A program made the translations under genes and the position numbers. Shown here piece after piece: positions 47,265 to 57,286 of a stretch of 64,000 bases of DNA. How positions within the stretch are numbered: position 1 is the stretch's first letter; each line of letters begins with the position of its first letter. This DNA is from Desulfobulbaceae bacterium (GTDB lineage Bacteria > Desulfobacterota > Desulfobulbia > Desulfobulbales > SURF-16), in NCBI GenBank assembly GCA_027859235.1, contig JAQIBE010000263.1:3568-67567 (forward strand), given 5' to 3'. A model generated the notes under the pieces. That model was not told where the DNA came from, searched no databases, and saw nothing but the letters and a program-made list of their open reading frames with translations.

Positions 47265-47312
47265 ACGAAAGGCAATTGAGGTTTTTACCTTAATTGCCTT
47301 TCGTTGTTTTTA
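47265..47312 (+). terminator. strong 17-bp hairpin plus T-rich tail
   Basis: acgaaaggcaattgagg-ttttta-ccttaattgcctttcgt, then tgttttt. One G-U position. Confidence 0.6.
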
Positions 47313-47745
47313 GAGAGAGTTCTGGGGGCCAGTATATCTAACTCCTCGCCTCGCCTTTTCTAATCGCAAGTCTGAGAATTCGGAGCGTTTGCCTGTAGAC
47401 TTCAGCCGCTGTTAGTTCGGAGTAAGAAATTACCATATAATCATGTGTCGATTTGATCGAGGACGTTTTTGATGCCACTTCAAAGATCTTATTTTCTCAA
47501 ACTGTCCTCGGATTAACCTTCCTACTGTGAATGTCAGATTCGATAATGCCTTCCCACCAGAACTGTAGAGCTTAAGGATAGAATTTTCTGAGGGGAAAAG
47601 ACGAGCACCCTCCATTAGAACGGTCGCACAGGATGACCTCTTAGAAGGTTAGACTGAGCATGACACCAACTGCTTTTGGCGCATACAGCTGCACGAGTGA
47701 ACGTACTGTCGTCAACTTATTGACTTTTACAGCTGAAACCGACCG

Positions 47746-47808
47746 ATATATTTAAGATAATATACATAATCTTAAATATATTCATTGCTCACTGCAGCAG
47801 TGAGCAAT
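47746..47808. repeat. two adjacent perfect palindromes
   Basis: atatatttaagat (47746-47758) pairs with atcttaaatatat (47769-47781). attgctcactgc-a-gcagtgagcaat spans 47784-47808. Confidence 0.8.
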
Positions 47809-48108
47809 ATTAAAGACAAAACATATGACATTGACAGTCTATATACAGTAGTAACCTAAACTTGGGCTTAGTTGAGAAATTCCTGAGGTTGGATATGGCA
47901 ATGTTAACGCTTCAAACACTGGCAGAAAGCCGCAGGTTTACCGTCCATGTGCTTTGACTGGTTATGTTCCATTTATAGGCGACCTCCATCAATTTATGCG
48001 TGTCCTGGATTTTTTGTCTCTCAAGCGCAAGGCCATGTGAAATATGTGACCTGCCCCCTTTACCTGCTAATTTCTCAGCTTATTGGCCGGATGTGGATGT
48101 TGAGCTAC

Positions 48109-51100
48109 CTACCAGTCCGACTTGTTCGGATAGTTCACGCGACCCTTGAAGTACTTCACGTTGAGCGACTTATCAATCAGCACGACACCAATAGAATGCG
48201 AAAACCGCCCTCTGCTTCGATAGGTCTCTTTCTCATAACGCTGAAGGTCGAAGAGCAATAGTAGCTCCCTGTCGTACTTCATCAGCACTTTCTTAAGTAC
48301 GCTTGATTTGCAGAGAAGCCTCAGCCCCGGATGAGGGCCGTCTTCTTGATTGGTTTCATCGCGCCCCCAGGCCTCGGCCCAGAGCGATAGCATCTCGTGA
48401 TTGTTATCCCAGAAACGTCCGAATGCATCCTGCCGTGTCAGCTTACATAACTCCGAATAGTCTTGAGCAAGACGCGGTCGAAGATTAGCGACCGAAACGC
48501 CATGTGGATCATGTTCATCCAGACGGGTTTCGCCGGATGGGCAGACAATCCAAGGTGAGTACTCCTTCTTCTCGCTGCGAAGATATTCGTCATCGTCTTC
48601 GCAGCCCTGGAAAGTAGGTACATAGGCCAGTATGGGCTTTTCGCGGATGAGCTTTCTCGCAAACTGCGCAGCCCTTTTGGGCGAAACAAGCGCAGAGGAT
48701 AATCTGACTTCAACACCATCGGATGAATACCATCTGCCCTGAATAATCAGTTCCCTGTCAATCCCTTTTTCAATGTCGAGGGCGGCGAGTCCAATAATCT
48801 TCTTCTGATCGCCGGTTATCGCGAGCCCCTTCTTCTTAGATTCAAGCAGCCTCACAGAGGCGTCATCAGGCGTCCTGTCCGTTCCATCGGAAAGCCATAA
48901 GCCATCCTTGCGCGTAAGTCCGTAGCGGCCGAGCCACTCTCCCCAAGGGTCGTCCTCGTACCACCAGTCGTCGGTTACAGGATGGGCGGCAAGCAGCTTG
49001 CCAGCAGCGATGAATAGAGCATGCCAGCCGAGCTGTTGCCCATACCCGTGAAAGCGGGTCGTCATTTCATGAGAACTTCGCCCTCGCGACTCGCGGCCGC
49101 CATCCTCATACATATGCGTCATTGACGGATCGCTCTTTTGTACGATGCCCGACATCATGTCATCAACTTCCCAGCAGCCCTTGCCGAACACTTGGCTGAG
49201 GCTATCAACGTCATGCTTCTTAAATTCGTACTCCAAATGAAACCGAAAGGGCGGCTCGGGTACTGTCTTCGGACGGCCCTGGTAGAAGCCGCCGCCGTTG
49301 CGGCTCTTCTTTCGTAAACGCGGATGCGGGGACTTGTCGGCATTACGCACAAGCTTGAGCGTGGCTGCGTCAAGCGCCAGTTTGCTGCGATCTACACAGG
49401 CAAGAAGCGCTTTGGCGGCAAAGTGGCGCATAAGCACATGCGGCTCGTCTTTTTCCATGATGACAGCCAGGAGTAGATCCTTGTAACGCGCCACCTGATC
49501 GGGATGATCGATAGCGGCCCGCGCTAGGGTGATCAGGAGCCATAGCCGTGCATGCAGGTAATAGAACACGAGCTCTGGTGCCTGAAACGGTTCAGCAGTC
49601 TTCGTGTCGAAGGCGGCAACAACCGTGTCGACAATGCCCCAGCGCCCGAACTTTGCAAATCGGCGTATGCAGTGAGCCGCGCGCCATCTGTCAACCGCAT
49701 GTGGCGAACCGATGACACGCCATATTAGCCCAGCAGCGATTTCGTCGAAGTCATTTACTGGGTAGCAGCCAGCTTTCCACGAGCCGTCTGTTACGTTGTC
49801 GGCAATCCGTGCCGAGTCACTCGACAGGAGGCGCTTCAGCGCAAGCTGCCCCTGCCCTTCATCCGCTTCCGGGCATATGAAATTTGCGAACGCAAGCCAT
49901 ACTGATCCGGCGACGGTGCTATCAGGACGTGAGTAGACCTTTATCACCTCAACGACGAGTTCGGCCATGGGCACGCCCGTGAACTCGGATATCTCCTTAA
50001 TATTCGCCCCCGAGAATCGACCGTCATCGACCAAATCATCGGCATGGGCAAGAATCAGAGGCTGTGCCAGGCTCCTATAGACACCCGCAAGCGCCGCGGA
50101 TGATCCGCCCCAGGCTTCCTTCGCATCTTTCAGTTCTGTGAATTTCCAGTAGAAAAACAGATGCTCCAGATTGGCAACATTGCGAATGTATTGACCGCGC
50201 GCAGCAAAGGGCACTTTGGCACGCAGCGCAGAAAAGAAGCCGCCTTTTAGATCATACATATTCCCCAGCGCATTAAATCCGTCGATGGCCTTTACAAGCG
50301 ATGCCTCGTCAGTCGGGGCCGTCGCTTCGGCTATACGAACGAGTGCATCCTTGTTTTCACTGTCACGTTTGGCAGCTTCTCTACGCATCTTCGGATCTAA
50401 GTCACTGCTACTATCATACGCAGTATTGCGCCCTTGCCTTGCGGTCTCGTATCGGTCCCGCGCGGCTTTCAGGTGCTTAGTTAGATCATGCGATGCACTC
50501 AGCGCTTCGTCAGCCAGAGCGTAAAGTGTCTCGACAGTCTCGTCACTCGCTATCGTCGGATTGTCATCCTCGAACTGTGTTATCAGCTCCGTAATCACTT
50601 CGGCATCCGGCCCGGCTTGCTGGCGCAGCGCTTTCGAAAATTCTTTTGTGCCCGCAAAGAAATACTCCGCGGGTTCGGCAAGACGGTTAATACAAAGTGC
50701 ATCCTTCGGATCGATCTTTTCCGCTTCGAGCATGCCCGTAAGATAGGTGAGAAGCGTGTTGTTCAGAGCTACCCTGTTGCGGTCATCCCAGCGACTGAGC
50801 TTGGCCAGGCCACGCATCCCGGCTGCCTTTGCCATGCCGCGACCGTACGCACCCCAGAAAAACTTCTCGGGCTCCTCCCCCATATTGAGTTCGCAGATAT
50901 TGCTCAGCGTGTGAAAGTCACGTTCTTCCAGTTCGTCACCTTTCATCTCCGATGCGAACAAGAGCAGCTCATTCGTGAACAGGTAATCACCCGAACCGAT
51001 TGCATCCATCTGCTCCAGACCATTCCGGAAGTACGCAGCAGCCTCATCGAGGCTGGCTGGAAGTATTGCCCGGCCAAGAGTGCCAAAGAGAGATGCCCGA

Positions 51101-54100
51101 TAGGTAACGTCATCCTCTTTTTCGATCATCGCGCGCGCCGTTACGGCCTGCTCTCCTGCAATCGAGTGCAGCGGGGTTCGTTGCGCGAGAATCGCAATGA
51201 TACGAACCAAGTCACTGGCGTTGCTCATATGGGCGTGTACGGCCGTCAGCATGCGCTCTATGGACTGTGGCTTCAGCTCGCTGTGAGACCACAATGTGAA
51301 GAGAACAGCGTCAAGACCCAAGAATTGAAAGAAGGGATCGATATCCCCAACCCGGTAATGGTCGCGATTCTTTCGAGTCTGCTCCCAGGCTTCCACAAGC
51401 TCGACAAACCGCTTGTCGATGGTCCGCGCCGATGCCGTGAGTGCAGCCGACAGTGCCTCTGTGAGAGTAAGCAGCGGCTCCAGGCGGATGTCAAGAAAGC
51501 GCTCAGCAGCCTGCTGTTCATCATAGCTAATGGCATTAGTCGGCACGTTCTTGGTCTGTCCATCATCGTAACGCGGCTTGCGCGGAAGCTTGGAGAGCTG
51601 CTCCTTGGCCTTCTCTCGGAAGATTTTTCCAGAAATGGTCTTCGGAATGCGCGCGCAGACCGATACGAGCTCCTTTGGTAGTAGATCCTTCTCGTGAATA
51701 GCGCGCTTCTTTGCGGCAGCAAGCAGGGCAATCCGGAATATATAAACGAAGACATCGGTGCGGCTGAACGCGTCACGGTATGCCCAGATTCCGGGCCGGT
51801 CATGCCGCGCTCTTAGTGAAATAGATTGAGCCTCAGCGCCGAGGCCCAACGAGAGCGCGACGACGGCCGACTTCCTCAGGCCGTCTTCGAGTTCGTAGTT
51901 CTTGCGGCTTGAGTATCTTTGCGGCAAGTCAAGCTTCGTCACCTTCTTGCATAGAGCGGCAAGTTTTACGCAAAGCGGCTTGCGTCTAGAGTTCGCCAGC
52001 TCGTGAAACGACAAAGCAGCCGCAAGCGGACCGATACTGGAGAGCGCATCGATGAACTGGCCAGCCCGGCGAGCGGGCTGCGTTCCTAGCAAGGTGGCAA
52101 GATGCGTGTATCCGAGGACGAGCTGAGAGACTTCAAAGGCATACCAATCCCGCCAACCTGTGAGGTAGCTGGCCGCACCTTCTGTGCGACCTTCCGAGAT
52201 TAGAAAGAAACTTGAGGCAGCGATGTCGGCCTGGTCAGGAACCGGTCCACGATCAAAATCTTTCCGCTCTGTGCGCCGGTAATGCTGTATCCACTCTTCA
52301 TTTGCATGGGCATGACGGGTCGCCTCTGCCAGATCACCCGATAAAACATTGACGATAGTAAGACGCGCATGTCGGGTTCCTGGCCAAGCCGTTCTTATTT
52401 CAAATAGTCGCCGCCGGGCGTCAACATCTTCGGCAGCAACGACAAGATCAGGATGTTCCAGCAGGTAATCGGCTCCACGCTGATCAACCTCGGCTATGGT
52501 CGATAGCTCGACGAGCAGCCGCACAAGGCTGTTGTAGTCAACCTTGAGAGCCGCGTGCAAAGTGGCTGCCTTAAGCCGGGAATATTGAATATTGCGCTTA
52601 CCAACAGTGCTGGTAATTGAGGCGGGAATACGATCATCGAAAGCAAGTGCGAACAGACGCTCACCATCATCAAGTTCGTGTAACAGACGCGGAAGCGCAC
52701 GGGCTGCATACACCGACGCATCCTGGCGAGCAAGGAGATTGGATGCTACACGCTCAAGCGCATCACGTGATGTCGCGTATCGCTTGTGAATCAGCGTTTC
52801 CGTTGGCTCATCACGGAACATGAGCCCATGATTGGTGCGCTCCAGTAGAGGGCTCAGGTCTGAAGCAAAGCTCTCAATGGCGGCGAGATCCATGCCATGA
52901 GCGGCGGCATACTCATCCACCGGCACCGGCGGAGGAAGCACCGCCAGCCCTGCAAGAAAGGCACTGAGGTCATTCTCCTCATAACCTTGCTTTGTGGCCA
53001 AAGAGAGTGCATCCGTGATTCTTTGTTGAATCAGGTCATCCAGCTCAATGTCCTTGTTGACCTCGGATGGATCGAGAAGGCCACGACCTGCCTTGATCAG
53101 GTAATCCAGCACACGCGGATTCCCGCCGGACCGGGCGTGCGCGACGTTTACTTCTACGTTCGTGACGCTTTTTAGGCGCGCGCGCAAAAACGCGGCCGTT
53201 TCATCCTTGGTAAACGGGCATAGTTCGAATTCATCGAACTTGGCGTAGGTTTTTGGCTTGCGTTCTGTACGGCAGGATACGATTAGGTTTACGCCGTCAA
53301 TCGGTTCCGTATCGATACTCTCCAGCAGCTTGATGGGAAAGCAGTCTTCGCTTGCCTGACCGGCAGCAAAGGCTGCATTGTCGATGGCATCGATAAAAAT
53401 CGCCAGCTTGCGTCCTGGCATCATGCGCGAGATGGTGTTCAGGCACTGCGTAAGGCGGCGGCGGAATGTGCTGAGCAAAGTGTGCACATCAGGACTGTCC
53501 GGTAGCATCGGATCGCAGAGGCCGCGAAATGCCAGTGTATTCGCAATATGAATAAGCCCCTTTTTGGGTAGGTGTCGCGCGTCTTCCGGAGAGCGGTAAG
53601 CACCGCCACCAAAACAATCGAAGAAAACAACCTCGTGGTCCGTGGCTATCTTCGAGGCGAGCGAATCCATAAAGACTGTCTTGCCCACGCCACCGGTCGC
53701 ATGAATGAGAAGCGGCGTTGACGTGCTGCCGATGCGGGTCATGGCCTCGCGGAGCTGTTCCCGCGCCAGTACTTTGTCGACACCGGCGATGGCCGCTTCA
53801 CAGGGAAGCAGGTCCTTCGGGGAACCGATCTGAAGAGCGGCCAGCACGTCAGTGCGTCTGATCAGATTTCGGTCGGTACCAGCATAACCGGCTTTGTCGC
53901 GGACAAGTTCCCGAAGCTTCCCGAGCCGGGCGGCAGCAATCGGGTCACTCGTGGCAGACCAGTCAACGAGCAGGTTGGCAAGTTCGCCCTTTGTTTGCGG
54001 CAGGCTTCCGGAGCGGCCAATGATTTTGAGCTTTCGTGCAAATGCCGCCAGTGGCTTTCCCGACAAACCGGAAGCGGTCTCGAACTGCTTCGCCTGCTCC

Positions 54101-54588
54101 TTAACATCGCCAGTTGGGTTTGCTCCCGTTGCCGTAGCATCTATGGCTTGAAGCAGTAAATCGCTGATTGGCTGGTTTGTGACGAGCTGAAAGTCGAGTT
54201 TGTCTTCGACCGCTTTGGCACCGTACTTGCGTTTAAATGAGCGGTAAGTCTCGCCAAACTTTTCTACTGTCTTCTTTGCGTGAGAGGCACGGAAATCCTT
54301 GTTCTGATTAGCGATGGAGTATTTGAACTGGGCAAATGTCGTTCGGACGGCATTCTCGAAATTTGGCCGTGGGCCGTAGTAGAACGTCAGGTCAGCGACC
54401 TCGACTGTAGCAGCGGACGCCCCGGTCTGATCGTCAGGTGAAGGCCCTTCAACGGCGATTGCGGTCAGGTCGGTGTCGGGCCATAGCAACTGCGTCGCTT
54501 TACGCGCCGTCCAAGCCTCGTGAAACTCATGGCCGTCCCGCGATGCCCTGACTTTATCAATTTTTTTACTTCGTCTACCAAGCCCCAT
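48109..54588 (-). CDS. giant (2159 aa) Cap4/DUF4297-like nuclease - P-loop NTPase - helical-repeat protein (Avs/STAND-like defence candidate)
   Basis: The N-terminus GHEFHEAWTARKATQLL...AVE47G...VAD66L...Q87FK89 fits a PD-(D/E)xK / Cap4-type nuclease domain followed by LVTNQP. Walker A is HATGGVGKT (aa 296-304, nt ~53677-53703). Walker B is LAIFIDAID (aa 395-403). About 1700 aa of alpha-helical sequence follow. The gene is visibly more GC-rich than all neighbours. Confidence 0.75.
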   Translation of the reverse strand: MGLGRRSKKIDKVRASRDGHEFHEAWTARKATQLLWPDTDLTAIAVEGPSPDDQTGASAATVEVADLTFYYGPRPNFENAVRTTFAQFKYSIANQNKDFRASHAKKTVEKFGETYRSFKRKYGAKAVEDKLDFQLVTNQPISDLLLQAIDATATGANPTGDVKEQAKQFETASGLSGKPLAAFARKLKIIGRSGSLPQTKGELANLLVDWSATSDPIAAARLGKLRELVRDKAGYAGTDRNLIRRTDVLAALQIGSPKDLLPCEAAIAGVDKVLAREQLREAMTRIGSTSTPLLIHATGGVGKTVFMDSLASKIATDHEVVFFDCFGGGAYRSPEDARHLPKKGLIHIANTLAFRGLCDPMLPDSPDVHTLLSTFRRRLTQCLNTISRMMPGRKLAIFIDAIDNAAFAAGQASEDCFPIKLLESIDTEPIDGVNLIVSCRTERKPKTYAKFDEFELCPFTKDETAAFLRARLKSVTNVEVNVAHARSGGNPRVLDYLIKAGRGLLDPSEVNKDIELDDLIQQRITDALSLATKQGYEENDLSAFLAGLAVLPPPVPVDEYAAAHGMDLAAIESFASDLSPLLERTNHGLMFRDEPTETLIHKRYATSRDALERVASNLLARQDASVYAARALPRLLHELDDGERLFALAFDDRIPASITSTVGKRNIQYSRLKAATLHAALKVDYNSLVRLLVELSTIAEVDQRGADYLLEHPDLVVAAEDVDARRRLFEIRTAWPGTRHARLTIVNVLSGDLAEATRHAHANEEWIQHYRRTERKDFDRGPVPDQADIAASSFFLISEGRTEGAASYLTGWRDWYAFEVSQLVLGYTHLATLLGTQPARRAGQFIDALSSIGPLAAALSFHELANSRRKPLCVKLAALCKKVTKLDLPQRYSSRKNYELEDGLRKSAVVALSLGLGAEAQSISLRARHDRPGIWAYRDAFSRTDVFVYIFRIALLAAAKKRAIHEKDLLPKELVSVCARIPKTISGKIFREKAKEQLSKLPRKPRYDDGQTKNVPTNAISYDEQQAAERFLDIRLEPLLTLTEALSAALTASARTIDKRFVELVEAWEQTRKNRDHYRVGDIDPFFQFLGLDAVLFTLWSHSELKPQSIERMLTAVHAHMSNASDLVRIIAILAQRTPLHSIAGEQAVTARAMIEKEDDVTYRASLFGTLGRAILPASLDEAAAYFRNGLEQMDAIGSGDYLFTNELLLFASEMKGDELEERDFHTLSNICELNMGEEPEKFFWGAYGRGMAKAAGMRGLAKLSRWDDRNRVALNNTLLTYLTGMLEAEKIDPKDALCINRLAEPAEYFFAGTKEFSKALRQQAGPDAEVITELITQFEDDNPTIASDETVETLYALADEALSASHDLTKHLKAARDRYETARQGRNTAYDSSSDLDPKMRREAAKRDSENKDALVRIAEATAPTDEASLVKAIDGFNALGNMYDLKGGFFSALRAKVPFAARGQYIRNVANLEHLFFYWKFTELKDAKEAWGGSSAALAGVYRSLAQPLILAHADDLVDDGRFSGANIKEISEFTGVPMAELVVEVIKVYSRPDSTVAGSVWLAFANFICPEADEGQGQLALKRLLSSDSARIADNVTDGSWKAGCYPVNDFDEIAAGLIWRVIGSPHAVDRWRAAHCIRRFAKFGRWGIVDTVVAAFDTKTAEPFQAPELVFYYLHARLWLLITLARAAIDHPDQVARYKDLLLAVIMEKDEPHVLMRHFAAKALLACVDRSKLALDAATLKLVRNADKSPHPRLRKKSRNGGGFYQGRPKTVPEPPFRFHLEYEFKKHDVDSLSQVFGKGCWEVDDMMSGIVQKSDPSMTHMYEDGGRESRGRSSHEMTTRFHGYGQQLGWHALFIAAGKLLAAHPVTDDWWYEDDPWGEWLGRYGLTRKDGLWLSDGTDRTPDDASVRLLESKKKGLAITGDQKKIIGLAALDIEKGIDRELIIQGRWYSSDGVEVRLSSALVSPKRAAQFARKLIREKPILAYVPTFQGCEDDDEYLRSEKKEYSPWIVCPSGETRLDEHDPHGVSVANLRPRLAQDYSELCKLTRQDAFGRFWDNNHEMLSLWAEAWGRDETNQEDGPHPGLRLLCKSSVLKKVLMKYDRELLLLFDLQRYEKETYRSRGRFSHSIGVVLIDKSLNVKYFKGRVNYPNKSDW

Positions 54589-54936
54589 ATTTCATTCCAA
54601 TACACTGAGACCGGCTATGAATGACAACCGGAAGTTAACTGCTTGAGCACTACCATTTGCTCCACGAATGCCACATGCTCCTCAACAATCAGGCAAGAGC
54701 AGTTTGGCCGGAATTTTGACGCCGACAGCTAAGGGCACCCCTCTACAACCGGTCGTAGCTGATCGCAACTGGACACATAACGCCAAAGTTAACCCGCCAG
54801 CCGACCAGTTTGGTAATTAATTTTGCGCATTGTAATTTGTTGAATCTGGCTCAAGAAATCGCGCGTGCTCGCTGGTCGGCGTTGAACGCATTGTTCGGCT
54901 CGTCCTTGCACTTGAGTTTATATCTGCCTAATCTAT

Positions 54937-55863
54937 TTAGTAGATTTCCTCTTTTATTAGGCCTACACACGACAGGTTGATGACAGTTAACATGTTATCG
55001 CACATATGCTCGATTCCCATCAATGTTGATAAGTCAGGTGCGAACTTCTCTCCTTCTTGAAAGATATTGGGGAATGGACACCATGGTTGTGATGTTAATT
55101 TTGCAAATTCTTCGGTAACTAAGGGTTCATTATGGACTAATAAATTTCTTAGATGAGCGACAGTGTCGAGAGATTCTGCTACTCCATTTAATAGTTCGCC
55201 CATACCTCCCATTGAAAGTTTTGAAATTTGAATATATGAACTGAAGACTTTTTTTATACCATCATAAGCTTTTTTTCTGTGCCAAGTATTTAACCTTTCT
55301 GTCCATTGAATATCCCATTCTTTATTTAGTTCAGGATCTTCATTTTTTGTTCTATATAGCTTCCTTAAATCTCTAAACTGTTTGCCACGTAGAAGTGATG
55401 ATGGATTGTGGTTAAGAAAAATTTTATAAGATATAAATATATACTCTTCAATAGCACTATAAATCTCAATAATCCCATTTTCTGCAATCAAAGGTTGTAT
55501 AGTCTGATAGTTATCTGCTACTTCATCGCCATTCCATAAAGCGATTTTTGATCTGCCCATTGTTTTATCTTTCTGAACTCTAAATGAATCAATCCAAAAT
55601 TTTCCATTCTTTTTAAAATCATCATCAGAATATCTCTCGATAGCTTTTTCTATAGAATTGAGGCAAAGTGCCCATTTTATATATGCACTTCTAAATTTTG
55701 CTCGCCAATCACCTATTTGTTCTGTTGTTTCATTTAACCATTTTTGCCCTGCGGTTAGCGCAGGTACTATAATATTATTTGGACTGACAAATTCTGGTAA
55801 ATCAGTAGCATTTATATATTTATGTCCTACAAAATCTACTCTTTCTTTCATTCGCTTTCCCAA
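54937..55863 (-). CDS. HEPN-domain protein (Abi-like putative RNase)
   Basis: 308-aa ORF in very AT-rich DNA. TVAHLRNLLVHNEP carries the R-x4-H HEPN motif with the usual Asn after Arg (R239..H244). Confidence 0.55.
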   Translation of the reverse strand: MGKRMKERVDFVGHKYINATDLPEFVSPNNIIVPALTAGQKWLNETTEQIGDWRAKFRSAYIKWALCLNSIEKAIERYSDDDFKKNGKFWIDSFRVQKDKTMGRSKIALWNGDEVADNYQTIQPLIAENGIIEIYSAIEEYIFISYKIFLNHNPSSLLRGKQFRDLRKLYRTKNEDPELNKEWDIQWTERLNTWHRKKAYDGIKKVFSSYIQISKLSMGGMGELLNGVAESLDTVAHLRNLLVHNEPLVTEEFAKLTSQPWCPFPNIFQEGEKFAPDLSTLMGIEHMCDNMLTVINLSCVGLIKEEIY

Positions 55864-56496
55864 ATAAATATATAGTTAAAAACAGCTTTTGGTTAATTGA
55901 TTTATTAAAGCCGAACATTGTCAATACATAGAAAATGTCCATAGTATCATCCTATATCTGGACTGTTTTTCCGCCTATTCTGATATCAAGACTGGTTGTA
56001 TGGAAAAAGCTGTCCACTTATTACCGCAGTATCGATATTTTCCAGTTATTCACAGATAAGGATGTAATGTGGAAATAGTAGTTTAATCTTGTTGCCTCAC
56101 ATTCTTACGGAAACTAACCCCATCTTTGCTATTAATCAATCAGGACAATATATTATGAGCAAATAGCATAGGGAACCAATGCCAATCTTAACCATTTAAG
56201 AAAAACGGCCAGTTAACATTGTTCCTGATTATCTCTTCCCGATAAATTCATGAGCAAATTCTACTTTTAATCCGCTATTTTTCGGGGGGATTACCTTATC
56301 AATTATTTGTTGCGCCCCCCTTTTAAATTTCCAGACGTTGCCGTATTGTCTTTTCATTTTATAGCTAATCATCTAATTGAAGTGTTTAACTATTTGAATT
56401 TTTAGGGATTAATGAGTACTCTCGTTTTGTTAGGAGTAGGTCTTTTATATTTAGGGGCTCGGTGATGAATCTTTAGATATATGTTAACTTTTTAAC

Positions 56497-56682
56497 ATGG
56501 AAGATCGCTGGTTATCTGTTGAAGAAATAGCCAAATACTTATGTGTCAGCAAAGACACCATATCCAACTGGATCAATTGGAAAAATATGTCTGCTCATAA
56601 AGTTGGACGGTTATGGAAGTTCAAGCATGAAGAAGTTGATGAGTGGGTGAAATCAGATGGAGCTGCAGAAAGTGACAGATAG
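56497..56682 (+). CDS. excisionase/MerR-type helix-turn-helix DNA-binding protein
   Basis: 61-aa ORF. WLSVEEIAKYLCVSKDTISNWINWKNMSAHKVGRLWKFKHEEVDEWV is the HTH_17 pattern. It overlaps the brxA start by 26 nt. Confidence 0.75.
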   Translation: MEDRWLSVEEIAKYLCVSKDTISNWINWKNMSAHKVGRLWKFKHEEVDEWVKSDGAAESDR

Positions 56683-57286
56683 TAAGTACAAAATGTCCTT
56701 CACTTCCGGAGGCCTGTTTTTTAATGAATCACTGCAGGTTGCTGAATTATTTAATGAAATTGGTGATTGGCAGAAAACCCGTGATCACGTTTTATTAGAT
56801 AATTTTCTGCAGGCTCGAACAGAGAGCAGTGCCAAACGCAGAGCCCGAGAAATATGTTTTCGCTTAGAGTTGTTAACAGACGCCCAACTACAATTGCTCA
56901 TTTCAGGTTCACGACATGAACAGCAATACCTTCTCTGGGTGGCGGTCTGTAAACGCTACTCTTTTGTCCATGAATTTATGATGGAGGTTGTACGGGAAAA
57001 ATACCTGCGTATGGATCTCCATCTTCACTACCAGGATTACGAGATCTTTTTTGCCGACAAGGCCGAGTGGCATGAAGAACTGGAACACCTCCGGGACTCA
57101 ACACGGGCAAAACTTAGACAGGTTCTTTTTAAAATCATGCGAGAGTCAGAAATTCTGTCACCTGACAATATGATCATCCCCGGCCTTCTTACTGAACAAT
57201 TAACTAAGGTGCTGACGGCAGACCACCCCGCCTTACTTGCACTGTTCCCTGTGTCTGACATGGATATCAACTCATGGTTAGCGTAA
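56657..57286 (+). CDS. brxA: BREX protein BrxA (DUF1819)
   Basis: NFLQARTESSAKRRAREICFRLELLTDAQLQLL...YLLWVAVCKRYSFVHEFMMEVVREKY...STRAKLRQVLFKIMRESEIL follows the DUF1819 pattern, and the operon context agrees. Confidence 0.85.
   Translation: MELQKVTDSKYKMSFTSGGLFFNESLQVAELFNEIGDWQKTRDHVLLDNFLQARTESSAKRRAREICFRLELLTDAQLQLLISGSRHEQQYLLWVAVCKRYSFVHEFMMEVVREKYLRMDLHLHYQDYEIFFADKAEWHEELEHLRDSTRAKLRQVLFKIMRESEILSPDNMIIPGLLTEQLTKVLTADHPALLALFPVSDMDINSWLA

Noticed and set aside
47430-47615. 61-aa minus-strand ORF (MEGARLFPSENS...)
   Set aside because: There is no recognisable motif or RBS, and it sits in a hairpin-rich non-coding stretch. It may be a gene remnant, but I cannot support that.
50488-51681. 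397-aa plus-strand ORF and many other 60-180-aa ORFs inside 48.1-54.6 kb
   Set aside because: They are antisense to a continuous 2159-aa ORF with clear nuclease and P-loop motifs. Long spurious antisense ORFs are expected in GC-rich DNA.
54788-54887. Inverted repeat gccgaccag/ctggtcggc (with gttaac/gttgaac) upstream of the giant gene
   Set aside because: Only 9 bp match perfectly, and the arms are 63 nt apart in GC-rich DNA. This is too weak to call a regulatory element or element terminus.
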